A stretch of 64,000 nucleotides of DNA from Burkholderiaceae bacterium (GCA_039934375.1 JBDTMH010000001.1:6648-70647); one strand, 5' to 3'; numbered from the stretch's first letter, positions 40,726 through 51,987 are shown. Notes: generated by a model not told the origin, from the sequence alone. Translations and numbers: made by a program.

Positions 40726-41709
40726 ATGAATCGGAGCCGCCGTCAATGGATTTCCGGCCTGGTGCAAGCTATTCTTGCTGGACCTGCCTTTGCCCAGCTT
40801 CAGTCGCAGGGCAGCGCGCGGGTCGCATGGGTGTCGGCCTCGTCGATGCAGGACGGAACCCTGTTTCTGGATGAACTGCGCCGGGGTTTGCGTGAGCACG
40901 GCTGGGTCGAAAACCGCAACCTGGTACTGAGCACGTATTGGGGCGACTACTCGGTGCCATTGCTCGAACGTAAGGTGGGTGAGGCGATCGCAGGCCGGCC
41001 CGATGTGATCGTTTGCCAGGGCACCGCCGCCGATCCCACGCGCAAGGTGACACAGACCATACCGATCGTCTTCGGCTTCAGCGGCGATCCGGTCGAGGCG
41101 GGTTTCGTGCGCAGCCTGGCACATCCGGGTGGCAACCTGACCGGCATGTCATACATGGCGCTGGAACTGGTTGGCAAACGGATGCAGTTGCTGCACGACG
41201 TGTTGCCGAACGCGCGCCGGGTCGCGGTTTTGTCGTTCCCGCAGCATCCGGGCGACCAGACTGAAAAGCGGGCCGCGCAGGCCGCTGCTGCCAGACTGGG
41301 CTTGTCGCTCGAGCAATATGACATTCGCGGAGCCGACGAAATGACCCGTGCATTGGGGCTGATCGCGCAGGGAAAGCCCGATGCCGTGCTCGCGTTTCCG
41401 GTGCAGAACGTGATTGCACGGCGTGAAGCGATTGCCCAGTGGTCGTTGCAAAACCGGATTCCCGTCATTTCGGGCTGGGCGCAATTTGCGCAGGGCGGCA
41501 ACTTGATGAGTTACGGTCCGAACCTGCGCGCGGCGAATTTCCGCCTCGCCAGTTTCGTCGACAGAATTCTCAAAGGGGCCTTGCCGTCTGCTCTGCCGGT
41601 CGAGTATCCGGTGCAGGTGGAACTGGTCATCAACATGCGCGCAGCAAACGCGCTGGGAATCACTGTTCCGGCTGCGGTTTTGCTGCGTGCCGATGAGGTG
41701 ATTGCTTGA
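40726..41709 (+). CDS. Orphan ABC-type substrate-binding protein (ABC_sub_bind family) 1
   Basis: RRQW leader, GWVENRNL, PIVF...DPV..GFVRSLAHPGGNLTG, KRMQLL, MSYGP, LVINMRAANALG, RADEVI. Confidence 0.85.
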   Translation: MNRSRRQWISGLVQAILAGPAFAQLQSQGSARVAWVSASSMQDGTLFLDELRRGLREHGWVENRNLVLSTYWGDYSVPLLERKVGEAIAGRPDVIVCQGTAADPTRKVTQTIPIVFGFSGDPVEAGFVRSLAHPGGNLTGMSYMALELVGKRMQLLHDVLPNARRVAVLSFPQHPGDQTEKRAAQAAAARLGLSLEQYDIRGADEMTRALGLIAQGKPDAVLAFPVQNVIARREAIAQWSLQNRIPVISGWAQFAQGGNLMSYGPNLRAANFRLASFVDRILKGALPSALPVEYPVQVELVINMRAANALGITVPAAVLLRADEVIA

Positions 41710-42686
41710 AACGCAGATCGCTCCTGCGCGGGTCCGGGGCATGGCTGCTTGCGCCGTTGTCGGTTGCTTGGGCACAGGTCGAGCGGCCTTGCCGGGTGGC
41801 TTGGGTATCGGTTGACCCCGCAGGCGCGCAGTCTCCGGTATTTGTCGCCTTTCGCGCGGGTATGGCGGCGCTGGGATATGGGGAAGGCCGTAACCTGGTG
41901 ATCGACACCTGGTGGGTCGACGGGTCTTCCAAGCAGCTGGCCACCATGCGCGACGAGGTCGTACACAGCTTGCCCGAGGTGATTGTGGCGCAAGGCGGTG
42001 TTGCGTTGGCCCCGATGTTGCACGCCAGCGTCAAAGGGCCACTGGTGTTCAGCATGAGCGGCGATCCGGTGCTGGCCAAGATTGTTGCCTCTTACCGCAA
42101 GCCAGGCGGCAATCGGACCGGCATCACATTGTTTGCAGCCGATCTGATTGGCAAGCGCCTGGGCTTGCTCAAGGAAATGGTCCCTGGCGTGCATGGAATC
42201 GCGGTGATCGGCAATCCTCGGCATCCTGGTGCCCCGCGCGAGGTCGAGGCGTCACGGATCGCGGCCGCCAGGCTGGGCCTTGTTCAAACCTACCATCCAA
42301 GCGAGAACCTGGCCGAACTCGATCGCGTGCTTGCCGGCATCGCGCGTGCTCGCGTCGACGCGCTTTTGGTGCTCTCGGATGGATTCGCCCTGAACCAGGC
42401 GAATCGCTTTGCAGAGTTCTCGGTGCGCGAGCGCATACCTGTGGTTGCCGGATGGGCCACATTCGCGCAGCGTGGCATCGTGATGGCCTATGGGCCCGAG
42501 TTCGCCGATGTGCATCGACGTCTGGCCAGCTACGTCGACCGCATCCACAAAGGCGCGGCGCCGGGCGACCTGCCGATCGAGCAGCCAACCAAGTTCGAGC
42601 TGGTGATCAACCTGAAGACTGCCAGGGCACTGGGTATTTCCGTGCCCCAATCCTTGCTATTGCGGGCCGACGACTTGATTGAATGA
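41706..42686 (+). CDS. Orphan ABC-type substrate-binding protein (ABC_sub_bind family) 2
   Basis: KRRSLL leader, GYGEGRNL, PGGNRTG, KRLGLLKE, PIEQPTKFELVINLKTARALG; TTGA overlap with the paralog. Confidence 0.87.
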   Translation: MKRRSLLRGSGAWLLAPLSVAWAQVERPCRVAWVSVDPAGAQSPVFVAFRAGMAALGYGEGRNLVIDTWWVDGSSKQLATMRDEVVHSLPEVIVAQGGVALAPMLHASVKGPLVFSMSGDPVLAKIVASYRKPGGNRTGITLFAADLIGKRLGLLKEMVPGVHGIAVIGNPRHPGAPREVEASRIAAARLGLVQTYHPSENLAELDRVLAGIARARVDALLVLSDGFALNQANRFAEFSVRERIPVVAGWATFAQRGIVMAYGPEFADVHRRLASYVDRIHKGAAPGDLPIEQPTKFELVINLKTARALGISVPQSLLLRADDLIE

Positions 42687-42754
42687 AGCGCCAGTAATAT
42701 TCGGCGTGTGCGGTCCCCTGTTTCTTCTGGCGGGGACGTGCGCCACCGGGCACA

Positions 42755-45694
42755 ATGGTGCCAATGACCCCATCGGCGCCCGACGCCTTGCCGTTGACTC
42801 CATCGCACAATCGCCTGCGCGGTAGGCTGTTTCGCAAGTATCTGCTGCTGATCATCGCTCTGGTCAGCGTCGCCATGCTGGCCTCCGGTGGAGTTGGCCA
42901 GTATTTCTGGCAGCAGGAAACCCGTGCAGCGTTGGCCGACCTGCAGCGGGAAAAAGCCATTGGTGCGGCGTCACGCATCGAGCAATACATCCTGCAGATC
43001 GCGCGCCAGATCGGGTTTGCATCATTGCCACAGTTCGGCGCCGCGGATCTCGATCTGCGGCGCATCGAGTTTCTCAAACTGCTGCGCCAGGTGCCCGAAG
43101 TGACAGACATTGCATATGTCGACGCCAGTGGGCGAGAGCAGCTTGCCGTCTCGCGCCTGGGAATGGATGTGGTCGCCTCGGAAAAGGACCGCTCGCAGGA
43201 AGCAGCGTTCCGGCAAGCGCGGTTCGGACGGTCCTGGTTTGGCCCGGTCTATTTCCGCAAGGATACCGAACCCTATATGACGATCGCAAGCCGCGCCGGC
43301 GGTGACGATGGTCCGGTCACGGTGGCCGAGGTCAACCTCAAGTTCATCTGGGATGTGGTCAAACGCATCAAGATCGGCGAGAAGGGCAAGGCCTTCGTGG
43401 TGGACGACAAGGGGTTGCTGGTGGCTGACCCAGACATCGGACTGGTGCTGCGCAAAACCAGCATGGCGGGCCTGGCGCATGTCCAGGCCGCCGCCAGTGA
43501 GCATGGCACGGACGCGCCGGCCATGGAGTCACATGACCTGCAGGGATTGCCGGTGCTGACATCGGTGGTCGCGATCGAGCCGCTGGGCTGGAAGGTGTTT
43601 GCCCAGCAACCCTGGTCGGAGGTCACCGCCAAGCTGGACGCGTCGATGCTGCGCACCGGCCTGCTGCTGCTGGCGGGCTTGCTGATTTCGGCCTTGGCCG
43701 CGTGGGCGCTGGCGCGCAGCATGGCTCGTCCGATCCAGATTCTTGCTGAAGGGGCACGGCGTATCGGAGCTGGCGACCTGCACCAGCAGATCGACATCCG
43801 AACCGGCGATGAGTTGCAGGGGCTGGCGGACCAGTTCAACGCGATGACGGCGCAGTTGCGCGAGTCCTATGCCGGGCTGGAGCGCAAGGTCGAGCAACGC
43901 ACCGCCGAGGTCACGCAGGCGCTGGAATACCAGACCGCCATCAGCGCCGTTTTGCGCGTGATCAGCGAGTCGCCGACCGATGTGGCGCCGGTGTTCGAGG
44001 CCATCATGGACAGCGCGGTGCGCCTGTTCGGCGTATCGATCGCCGCGGTGTTCCGCTATGACGGGCGACAGGTGCACATGATCAGCACCAAGGGATGGTC
44101 CGAGGATGCTTTGAAGGATGCAGACCGGCTGTACCCGGCGCCACCCAATCCCGAAATGATCAGCGGGCGGGTCATCCTGTCGGGCAAGGCCCAGACAATC
44201 GCAGACACGTTCGCCGACGCCGCGTATGACCAGGAAACAGCCCATGTAGGTGATTGGCGCCGCATGATGGCCGCGCCGCTGCTCAAGGACGGTGCCGTGG
44301 TCGGTGTGCTGGTGATGGCCTGGGCCGAACCGGGGGAAGTTCGCCGGCACGAACTCGACCTGCTCAGGACTTTTGCCGACCAGGCGGTGATTGCGATCGA
44401 GAACGTGCGCCTGATCAGCGAGACGAAAGAGGCGCTGGAGCAGCAGACCGCCACCGCCGAGGTGTTGCAGGTCATCTCCAGCTCGCCAACCGACGTGCAG
44501 CCGGTGTTTGATGCCATCGCCGAGCGCGCCATGACGCTGTGCGAAGCCCGTATCGGCGCCGTGACCCGATTCGACGGGGAGTTGTTGCACCTGGTGGCGT
44601 TTCATGGTGCCACCCAGCAGGCATCGGACATCATGCGTGCGGCGTTCCCGATCCGGCCCGGGCGTGAGGCCGGCACTGCCCGTGCCATCGCCGAACGTGC
44701 GCCGATACAGATACCCGATGTGCTGGCCGACCCGGACTATGCGCTCAAGGACGAGGCCAGGCGGGCCGGTTATCGCAGCAACCTGGCGGTGCCGATGGTG
44801 CAGGACGGCGAGGTCGTTGGCTCCATCGTCGTGTGCCGGGAGCAGGTCGGTGCCTACCCTGACAAACAGGTCAAGTTGCTGCAGACCTTCGCCGACCAGG
44901 CGGTGATCGCGGTGCAAAACGTGCGCCTGTTCAACGAGATCCGCGACAAGAGCCGGCAATTGGAGATCGCCAACCAGCACAAGAGCGAGTTCCTGGCCAA
45001 TATGTCGCACGAGTTGCGCACGCCGCTCAACGCGATCATCGGCTTCTCCGAAGTGCTGCTCGAGCGCATGTTCGGCGAACTCAACGAGAAACAGGACGAC
45101 TACCTCAAGGACATCTTCACGTCGGGCAAGCATCTGCTGTCGCTGATCAACGACATCCTGGACCTGTCCAAGATCGAGGCCGGTCGCATGGAGCTGGACC
45201 TGAGCGACTTCGATGCGGCGCAGGCCTTGTCCAACGCGATGACGCTGGTGCGCGAACGAGCCCAGACGCATGGCATCAGCCTCAGCGTGGAGGTAGCCGA
45301 CAACATCGGCGAAATCCGCGCCGACGAACGCAAGTTCAAACAAATCCTGCTCAACCTGCTGAGCAATGCGGTCAAGTTCACGCCCGATGGCGGCACGGTC
45401 ACGGTGCGCGCGACCATCGTGGGTAAACAGATCGAGGTGGCGGTAAAGGACACCGGCGTGGGCATCTCGACCGACGACCAACTGCTGGTGTTCGACGAGT
45501 TCAGGCAGGTCGGCCGTCATTACACCAACAAGCATGAAGGCACCGGGCTGGGCCTGTCGCTGACCAAGCGTTTCGTCGAGCTCCACGGTGGCAGCCTGCG
45601 CCTGGAAAGCGAGCCTGGCGTGGGGTCGACCTTCACGTTCACGTTGCCGATACGGCCGGTCGATCCGGCACACGATGCGAAGGAAACGACATGA
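42755..45694 (+). CDS. Membrane sensor histidine kinase: Cache-HAMP-GAF-GAF-HisKA-HATPase
   Basis: Two TM segments flanking a Cache-like region (GPVYF..PYMTI), HAMP ([11 protein letters not shown]), two GAF repeats ending [10 protein letters not shown]-box [21 protein letters not shown] boxes. Confidence 0.92.
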   Translation: MVPMTPSAPDALPLTPSHNRLRGRLFRKYLLLIIALVSVAMLASGGVGQYFWQQETRAALADLQREKAIGAASRIEQYILQIARQIGFASLPQFGAADLDLRRIEFLKLLRQVPEVTDIAYVDASGREQLAVSRLGMDVVASEKDRSQEAAFRQARFGRSWFGPVYFRKDTEPYMTIASRAGGDDGPVTVAEVNLKFIWDVVKRIKIGEKGKAFVVDDKGLLVADPDIGLVLRKTSMAGLAHVQAAASEHGTDAPAMESHDLQGLPVLTSVVAIEPLGWKVFAQQPWSEVTAKLDASMLRTGLLLLAGLLISALAAWALARSMARPIQILAEGARRIGAGDLHQQIDIRTGDELQGLADQFNAMTAQLRESYAGLERKVEQRTAEVTQALEYQTAISAVLRVISESPTDVAPVFEAIMDSAVRLFGVSIAAVFRYDGRQVHMISTKGWSEDALKDADRLYPAPPNPEMISGRVILSGKAQTIADTFADAAYDQETAHVGDWRRMMAAPLLKDGAVVGVLVMAWAEPGEVRRHELDLLRTFADQAVIAIENVRLISETKEALEQQTATAEVLQVISSSPTDVQPVFDAIAERAMTLCEARIGAVTRFDGELLHLVAFHGATQQASDIMRAAFPIRPGREAGTARAIAERAPIQIPDVLADPDYALKDEARRAGYRSNLAVPMVQDGEVVGSIVVCREQVGAYPDKQVKLLQTFADQAVIAVQNVRLFNEIRDKSRQLEIANQHKSEFLANMSHELRTPLNAIIGFSEVLLERMFGELNEKQDDYLKDIFTSGKHLLSLINDILDLSKIEAGRMELDLSDFDAAQALSNAMTLVRERAQTHGISLSVEVADNIGEIRADERKFKQILLNLLSNAVKFTPDGGTVTVRATIVGKQIEVAVKDTGVGISTDDQLLVFDEFRQVGRHYTNKHEGTGLGLSLTKRFVELHGGSLRLESEPGVGSTFTFTLPIRPVDPAHDAKETT

Positions 45695-46065
45695 AGACCG
45701 TGCTGATCGTCGAAGACAACGAAAAGAACATGAAGCTGGCGCGCGACGTGCTGCAAGCCAAGGGTTATGCGACGCTGGAGGCGATCAACGGCGAGGCCGG
45801 TGTGCGGCTGGCATTGGCGCACCGGCCTGATCTGGTGCTGATGGACATCCAGTTGCCCGACATCAATGGCGTTGAGGCGTTCACCCGCATCCGCGCACAT
45901 CCCGACATGGCGGGTGTTCCCGTGGCTGCGTTCACCGCGTCGGTCACACCCGGCGACCGCAGCCGCATCAACGATGCCGGCTTCGACGCCTTCATCGGCA
46001 AGCCCATCAACCTCAAGGAGTTCCTGGCCACGGTGAAGCGCCTGACCGAAGGAGGACGAGGGTGA
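45691..46065 (+). CDS. Single-domain response regulator (DivK-like)
   Basis: [27 protein letters not shown]; 124 aa. Confidence 0.9.
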   Translation: MKTVLIVEDNEKNMKLARDVLQAKGYATLEAINGEAGVRLALAHRPDLVLMDIQLPDINGVEAFTRIRAHPDMAGVPVAAFTASVTPGDRSRINDAGFDAFIGKPINLKEFLATVKRLTEGGRG

Positions 46066-47243
46066 GCGAGACCGAAGTTGCCAGCGGCAATGGCCGACCA
46101 ACTGGTTCGCCGACGGGTGCAGAGCCGCGTGTTGCCCCGCATGTCCTGGTGGTTGACGACACACCGGCCAATGTCAAGTTGTTGGTTGACCTGCTGACCG
46201 TCAAGGGTTATGTGGCGAGCAGCGCCGTCAATGGTGAAGAGGCGCTGGCGATGATCGCGGCCGATCCACCCGATCTGGTGCTGCTCGACATCATGATGCC
46301 GGGCCTTTCGGGATACGAGGTCTGCAGACGACTGCGCGCCGACCCGGCCACGGCTTTGCTGCCGGTGGTGATGTGCACCTCGCTCGATGCCACGCAGGAG
46401 CGGGTCAATGGCATCGAGGCCGGCGCCGACGACTTTCTGACCAAGCCGATCAATCGGCCGGAACTGTTCGCACGCGTGAAATCGCTGTTGCGCATCAAGG
46501 TGCTGCAGGACAAGGTGAGGGCACAGGCGGTGCAGATCGCGTCATGGAACCAGACGCTGGAGCTGCGGGTGCAGGAGCAGGTGGGGGAGATCGAGGCGCT
46601 CGGACGTCTGAAGCGTTTCTTTTCTCCGCAACTTTGTCAGGCGATCGTCGCCGGCGGCGAAGGCATGCTCAAGACCCACCGGCGTGAGATCTGTGTCGTA
46701 TTCATCGATCTGCGTGGCTTCACCGCCTTCACCGATCAGGCCGAGCCGGAAGAGGTGATGGAGATGCTGCACGGATTTCATGCTGCGATGGGCAAGCTGG
46801 TGCTGGAACACAACGGCACGCTCGAGCGATTTGCCGGCGACTCGGTGATGGTGTTCTTCAACGACCCGGTGCCGATCGAGCAACCGGCCGCGCAGGCCGT
46901 GAAGATGGCGCTGGCGATGCAGCAGAAATTCGTTGACATCGGGCAACAGTGGTACAAGCGCGGCTACGAGCTGGGCCTGGGTTGCGGTATCGCCCAGGGT
47001 TATGCGACGCTGGGCCAGATCGGCTTCGAAGGACGCTGGGACTACGCCGCCATCGGCAGCGTGACCAATCTGGCCGCGCGGCTGTGCTCCGAAGCCGGGG
47101 CAGGCCAGATCCTGGTCGATCGCAAGACCATGGCCCGGGTTGAATCCCTGGTCCAAGCCACGCCGGTCGGGCCACTGACGCTGAAGGGTTTTCATCAGCC
47201 AGTACCGGCGTTTGCGCTTGTCGGTCTGTTGGCGCTTGATTGA
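46062..47243 (+). CDS. Receiver domain-class III nucleotide cyclase fusion
   Basis: REC (VVDD, LLDIMMP, KP) followed by [24 protein letters not shown]. Confidence 0.92.
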   Translation: MSETEVASGNGRPTGSPTGAEPRVAPHVLVVDDTPANVKLLVDLLTVKGYVASSAVNGEEALAMIAADPPDLVLLDIMMPGLSGYEVCRRLRADPATALLPVVMCTSLDATQERVNGIEAGADDFLTKPINRPELFARVKSLLRIKVLQDKVRAQAVQIASWNQTLELRVQEQVGEIEALGRLKRFFSPQLCQAIVAGGEGMLKTHRREICVVFIDLRGFTAFTDQAEPEEVMEMLHGFHAAMGKLVLEHNGTLERFAGDSVMVFFNDPVPIEQPAAQAVKMALAMQQKFVDIGQQWYKRGYELGLGCGIAQGYATLGQIGFEGRWDYAAIGSVTNLAARLCSEAGAGQILVDRKTMARVESLVQATPVGPLTLKGFHQPVPAFALVGLLALD

Positions 47244-47310
47244 CCGCCGTCATTGTCTAGTCAGGTTCGGGCACAATCCCGGGCTTCCCCGATCCTTGTC
47301 AGAATCCACC

Positions 47311-48705
47311 GTGCGCCGTCTGAACACCCCCGCTGTCCGAACCGAAACCGCTGCCTTGTGGACGATTGCATGGCCGATCCTGATCGGCCAGCTGGCGACG
47401 GTGGGCATGGGTGTGGTCGACGTGGCCATGGCCGGCCATGCGTCGGCGCAGGACCTGGCGGGGGTGTCGCTGGGCGTGTCGATCTGGCATCTGGCCATCA
47501 TCACGCTGATGGGCGTGCTGATGGCGGTCAACCCCATCGTGTCGCAGCACGTGGGCGCCCGCAGTGTCGGCCAGGTTCCGCATGTGGTGCGCCAGGCCCT
47601 GTGGAACGGCCTGGGGTTGGGGCTGCTGGCCATGGCGGTCGTGAATCTGGCCGCGCTGGTGTTCAACACCATGGACGTCGAGCCGCAGGTGCGCGCGGTG
47701 GCGCGCCAGTTCGTGCTGGTGATCAGCCTTGCGTTGCCACCGTTTTGTGCCTACCGCGTGCTTTACGGCTACAGCGCCAGCCTGAACCAGACCAAGCCGA
47801 TGATGCTGGTCGCCTTGCTGGCGCTGCTGCTCAATATCGTCATCAACTATGCGCTGGTGTTCGGCCACTGGGGCTTTCCGCGCCTGGGCGGTGTGGGTTG
47901 CGCCTGGGCCACCTTGTTGTGTGTGTGGTTCGATCTGGTGGCGATGACCTGGTGGATACGGCGTGCGCCGGCCTACCACGAGACCCAGCCGCTGAGAAAC
48001 TACGAGCCACCCGATGGGGCGCAGATCCGCGTGTTGCTGCGCATCGGCCTGCCGATCGGCGTGACCTATTTCGCCGAATCCAGCGCCTTCAGTCTGATCG
48101 CGTTGCTGGTGGCGGGCTTTGGCGCCGCGCAGGTGGCCGGGCACCAGATCGCGCTGAATTTCTCATCACTGGTGTTCATGGTGCCGATGAGCCTGGGCCT
48201 GGCCTTGCTGACCCGGGTCGGCCAGGCACTGGGTGCGCAGGACATGCAGGCGGCACGCTTTCGCGCCTGGCATGGCGTGGGGCTGTCGTTTGTCGCAGCG
48301 CTGGTGTCCGCGCTGCTGATCTTGCTGTTCAACCAGCACATTGCAGACGCCTACACCAGCGACGATGCGGTGGCGGCGGTGGCGGCACATCTGCTGCTGT
48401 TCGCGGCCCTGTTCCAACTGCCCGATGCGGTGCAGGTATCGACCAGCTGCGCGATCCGCGCCTACAAGGTCACGCGCCCGCCGATGATCATCCACATGAC
48501 CGCGTTCTGGGGCATCTGTCTGCCGCTGGGCGTGTTGCTGGGCCTGGCGCCGGCCTGGCTGCCCTGGCACCCGGTCGATGCGATGGCGGCGCAGGGTTTC
48601 TGGATCGCGCTGGTTGTCGGCCTGTCCATTGCCGCGCTCGGCCTGGTTTGGCTGCTCGAGCGGCTGTCCTTGCAGTGGCTACGTGCCGCACCTGCGGCGC
48701 TCTGA
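47311..48705 (+). CDS. MATE family efflux transporter (NorM-like)
   Basis: DVAMAGH, FGHWGFPRLGGVGC, IGLPIG...E, GHQIALN, FQLPDAVQ. Confidence 0.92.
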   Translation: MRRLNTPAVRTETAALWTIAWPILIGQLATVGMGVVDVAMAGHASAQDLAGVSLGVSIWHLAIITLMGVLMAVNPIVSQHVGARSVGQVPHVVRQALWNGLGLGLLAMAVVNLAALVFNTMDVEPQVRAVARQFVLVISLALPPFCAYRVLYGYSASLNQTKPMMLVALLALLLNIVINYALVFGHWGFPRLGGVGCAWATLLCVWFDLVAMTWWIRRAPAYHETQPLRNYEPPDGAQIRVLLRIGLPIGVTYFAESSAFSLIALLVAGFGAAQVAGHQIALNFSSLVFMVPMSLGLALLTRVGQALGAQDMQAARFRAWHGVGLSFVAALVSALLILLFNQHIADAYTSDDAVAAVAAHLLLFAALFQLPDAVQVSTSCAIRAYKVTRPPMIIHMTAFWGICLPLGVLLGLAPAWLPWHPVDAMAAQGFWIALVVGLSIAALGLVWLLERLSLQWLRAAPAAL

Positions 48706-48740
48706 CAGAATCGATTTTTGCCTACTTGCGGAGCATCGCG

Positions 48741-49868
48741 ATGACCGACGGTTTCACCACCCCCCCGTTCGACACCGTGCGCGCCGCTTTCGCGCGCAAT
48801 CTGTCGGAGGGTCCTGAGCACGGTGGTGCGGTGGCGGTCTGGCTCGACGGCCAGCCGGTGGTCGACCTGTGGGGCGGCACCCGCGACCTGGCGCGTTCGC
48901 TGCCTTGGCAGCGCGACACCCTGGTCAACGTCTGGTCGGCTGGCAAGGGCGTGGTGGCGCTGGCTGTGGCGATGCTGGTCGAGCGCGGCCAGCTCGACTA
49001 CCGGGCGCCGGTCGCGCGCTACTGGCCGGAGTTTGCCGCCAACGGCAAGCAGCACATCACGGTCGACCAGGTAATGTCGCACCAGGCCGGACTTGACGGT
49101 TTGGCCGTGGCGTTGTCCGACGCCGACCGCTACGATTGGGACGCCCACGTGACGGCGCTGGCCGCCATGGCGCCGAACTGGCCTCCCGGCAGCGTCTGCG
49201 TGTACCACCCGATGACCTATGGTTTTCTGGCCGGCGAGCTGTTGCGGCGCGTCGATGGCCGCAGCATCGGGCGTTTCGTGGCCGACGAGATTGCCGGCCC
49301 GCTGGACATGGCATTCTGGTTCGGCCTGCCGCAGCAGCAGGACCATCGGGTGGCCGAGTTGTCGGCCGACGACAAGGCCTATGACTGGGTACGCCAGGGA
49401 GAGGCCAGTGCTTACCCGGCAGCGTACCGGCACCGGCGCCTGTCGGCAACCGCGCCGAACGAGAGGGCCTGGCGCGCAGCGGAAATGCCGGCCGGCAACG
49501 GGCAGGGTGATGCCCGTTCGCTGGCGCACATGTACGGAGTGCTGGCCCATGGCGGTGTCGTTGACGGCAGGGTGTTGATCTCGCCCCAGGGACTGGCCGG
49601 GGCCGTCGCCGAACGTTTCAACGGAAAGGATGCCAGCTCGGGTGCCGACACGGTGTTCGGTGCTGGTTTTCGGCTGGGTGCCATTGGTTACGGGCCCCAC
49701 ATAAGCGCCGGCAATTTCGGCCACACCGGCTGGGGCGGCTCGGTCGCCTTTGCCGATCCGGCGCGCCGGCTCGGTTTCGCCTACGTCACCAACCGGCTGC
49801 TGGGTTTCGACGACGGAGTCGACCCCAGACGCCGTCGTTTGCTGGACGCCGTATACGCGGCGCTGTAG
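48741..49868 (+). CDS. Serine hydrolase, beta-lactamase/family VIII esterase fold
   Basis: SxxK (WSAGKG), YWPEF, HQAGL, YHPMTYG, FGHTGWGG. Confidence 0.9.
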   Translation: MTDGFTTPPFDTVRAAFARNLSEGPEHGGAVAVWLDGQPVVDLWGGTRDLARSLPWQRDTLVNVWSAGKGVVALAVAMLVERGQLDYRAPVARYWPEFAANGKQHITVDQVMSHQAGLDGLAVALSDADRYDWDAHVTALAAMAPNWPPGSVCVYHPMTYGFLAGELLRRVDGRSIGRFVADEIAGPLDMAFWFGLPQQQDHRVAELSADDKAYDWVRQGEASAYPAAYRHRRLSATAPNERAWRAAEMPAGNGQGDARSLAHMYGVLAHGGVVDGRVLISPQGLAGAVAERFNGKDASSGADTVFGAGFRLGAIGYGPHISAGNFGHTGWGGSVAFADPARRLGFAYVTNRLLGFDDGVDPRRRRLLDAVYAAL

Positions 49869-49890
49869 CGGGCGGGTGGCCGCAGCGTTC

Positions 49891-50364
<474 letters not shown>

Positions 50365-50411
50365 GGCCGGTAGCGCGCGTTCTGTGGTGGATCAGTCGGG
50401 CGGCGGGTTGC

Positions 50412-51296
50412 TCAGGCCTTTGCGGCCAACTTGTCCGCAGTCTTGCTGTCGAAGTCGCTGGCGTCATGGCGCTCATGCAGCTGGCTCGAGGGCTCGCCGA
50501 AGGTCCGGTTCACCATACGTCCGCGCTTGACCGCCGGGCGTGCCGCAATCTGGTTGGCCCAGCGTTGCACATTCTTGTATTGCTGCACCTGCAGGAACTC
50601 ACCGGCGCTGTACAGCAGGCCCTTGGCCAGGGCGCCGTACCAAGGCCAGACCGCGATGTCGGCAATGGTGTAGTCGCTGCCGCCCAGGTATTCGGACTGC
50701 GCCAGCCGTTTGTCCAGCACGTCGAGCTCGCGCTTGACTTCCATTGCGAAACGGTTGATTGGGTATTCCATCTTGCTTGGCGCATAGGCGTAGAAGTGGC
50801 CAAAGCCGCCGCCCAGATACGGCGCACTGCCCATCTGCCAGAACAGCCACGACAGGCATTCAGCCCGCGCGGCCCGTGCCGTCGGCAAAAAGGCGTTGCC
50901 GAACTTCTCGGCCAGGTATTGCAGGATGGCACCGGACTCGAACACCCGCACGGGTGTCGGCTGTTCGCTGTGATCCATCAGAGCCGGAATCTTGGAGTTC
51001 GGATTGACGCCGACAAAGCCGCTGCCGAACTGGTCGCCGTCGACGATCTTGATCAGCCAGGCGTCGTATTCGGCACCGGTGTGGCCTAGCGCCAGCAACT
51101 CCTCCAGCATCACGGTGACCTTGACACCATTGGGTGTCGCCAGCGAATACAGCTGCATCGGATGTTTGCCCACCGGCAACGCCTTCTCATGTGTCGGGCC
51201 GGCGATCGGGCGGTTGATCCTGGCGAACTTGCCGCCGCTTTCCTTGTCCCAGGTCCAGATGGCGGGTGGGGTGTATTCGTCGGTCGATGGGGTCAT
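50412..51296 (-). CDS. yghU: Glutathione-dependent disulfide-bond oxidoreductase (Nu-class GST)
   Basis: NRPIAG, LATPNG, NPNSKIP, FESGAIL, GGFGHFY, ERHDASDF. Confidence 0.92.
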   Translation of the reverse strand: MTPSTDEYTPPAIWTWDKESGGKFARINRPIAGPTHEKALPVGKHPMQLYSLATPNGVKVTVMLEELLALGHTGAEYDAWLIKIVDGDQFGSGFVGVNPNSKIPALMDHSEQPTPVRVFESGAILQYLAEKFGNAFLPTARAARAECLSWLFWQMGSAPYLGGGFGHFYAYAPSKMEYPINRFAMEVKRELDVLDKRLAQSEYLGGSDYTIADIAVWPWYGALAKGLLYSAGEFLQVQQYKNVQRWANQIAARPAVKRGRMVNRTFGEPSSQLHERHDASDFDSKTADKLAAKA

Positions 51297-51622
51297 GCGG
51301 GAGGAACTCCAGGGGTCGGTGGCGCGTGTCGCAATGGGGCGCCGGAAGGTGTGTTTACGACTTTAATGGATTTGGGGTGACCAGCGTTGCGGTACGGACA
51401 TGGGCGGCTCATCAAGGGCAACGCGTTGTGGTCGGGGCCATTACCGCGGCAGTACAAAAGGAAATTACCGACGCATATCGCGTCGTGATTCACGAGATCT
51501 TGGCGAATTCAGGCCAATGAAATCTGGCGTTTCAGCCAAGGGGGTGACTGCGAGGGCCTGACGCTGCCGCAGTCCCGGGCGAGCTTGTTGATGCGCCGGC
51601 ACGCGAGTGCGGCGAGGTCAGC

Positions 51623-51766
51623 TCATTTGCTCCGGAGAATGTGATAGCCGATCAGTGCAAAGCCGATGCCGGTGACTGCCGGCGGGAGGCCTTGAATGAC
51701 CCACGCAAGAACGAGCATCACAAATGACAAGATAAAAAGCAGGTAGGCGACAGTCTTGTTGCTCAC
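51623..51766 (-). CDS. 47-aa small membrane protein
   Basis: GAAAGGA RBS before GTG; MSNKTVAYLLFILSFVMLVLAWVIQGLPPAVTGIGFALIGYHILRSK with two hydrophobic segments. Confidence 0.55.
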   Translation of the reverse strand: MSNKTVAYLLFILSFVMLVLAWVIQGLPPAVTGIGFALIGYHILRSK

Positions 51767-51894
51767 GTGGTCCTTTCGAAGCACACTCAACTCAGAGGTT
51801 TTACACAGCCCCAGCAAAGGCGCCTCGCCCGATGATACTGCCGGCGCAGCGAGTTTCCCTCGGCGGGTGGCAATTCGAGGGCATGTCAGAAGTT

Positions 51895-51910
51895 CGTTCG
51901 GTATCGCACG
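51895..51910. promoter_or_regulatory. Imperfect palindrome, candidate Crp-family operator
   Basis: CGTTCG-GTAT-CGCACG between the divergent small ORF and the Crp gene. Confidence 0.35.
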
Positions 51911-51987
51911 GACTGGCGGGCCTCGTGGCCTCATACTCGGACTGAAGTCTATTCAGTTGTCGCAACGTCAATTCCGAAGCTAGGCTC

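Noticed and set aside
42683-42697. ATGA-overlapping ORF MKRQ* after the second SBP
   Set aside because: Stops after four codons, far from the kinase start. It shows that not every ATGA bridges a junction.
47253-48740. Apparent 871-aa protein with long N-terminal region fused to the serine hydrolase
   Set aside because: The N-terminal part is an alternative frame of the MATE gene; the hydrolase has its own GGAG RBS and ATG at 48741.
48741-49868. Beta-lactamase resistance gene
   Set aside because: Motifs fit family VIII esterase-type hydrolases and there is no signal peptide; resistance cannot be inferred.
50365-50411. Looked for 6S RNA/zapA, often found beside EVE genes
   Set aside because: The spacer is only 47 nt and the neighbour is yghU.
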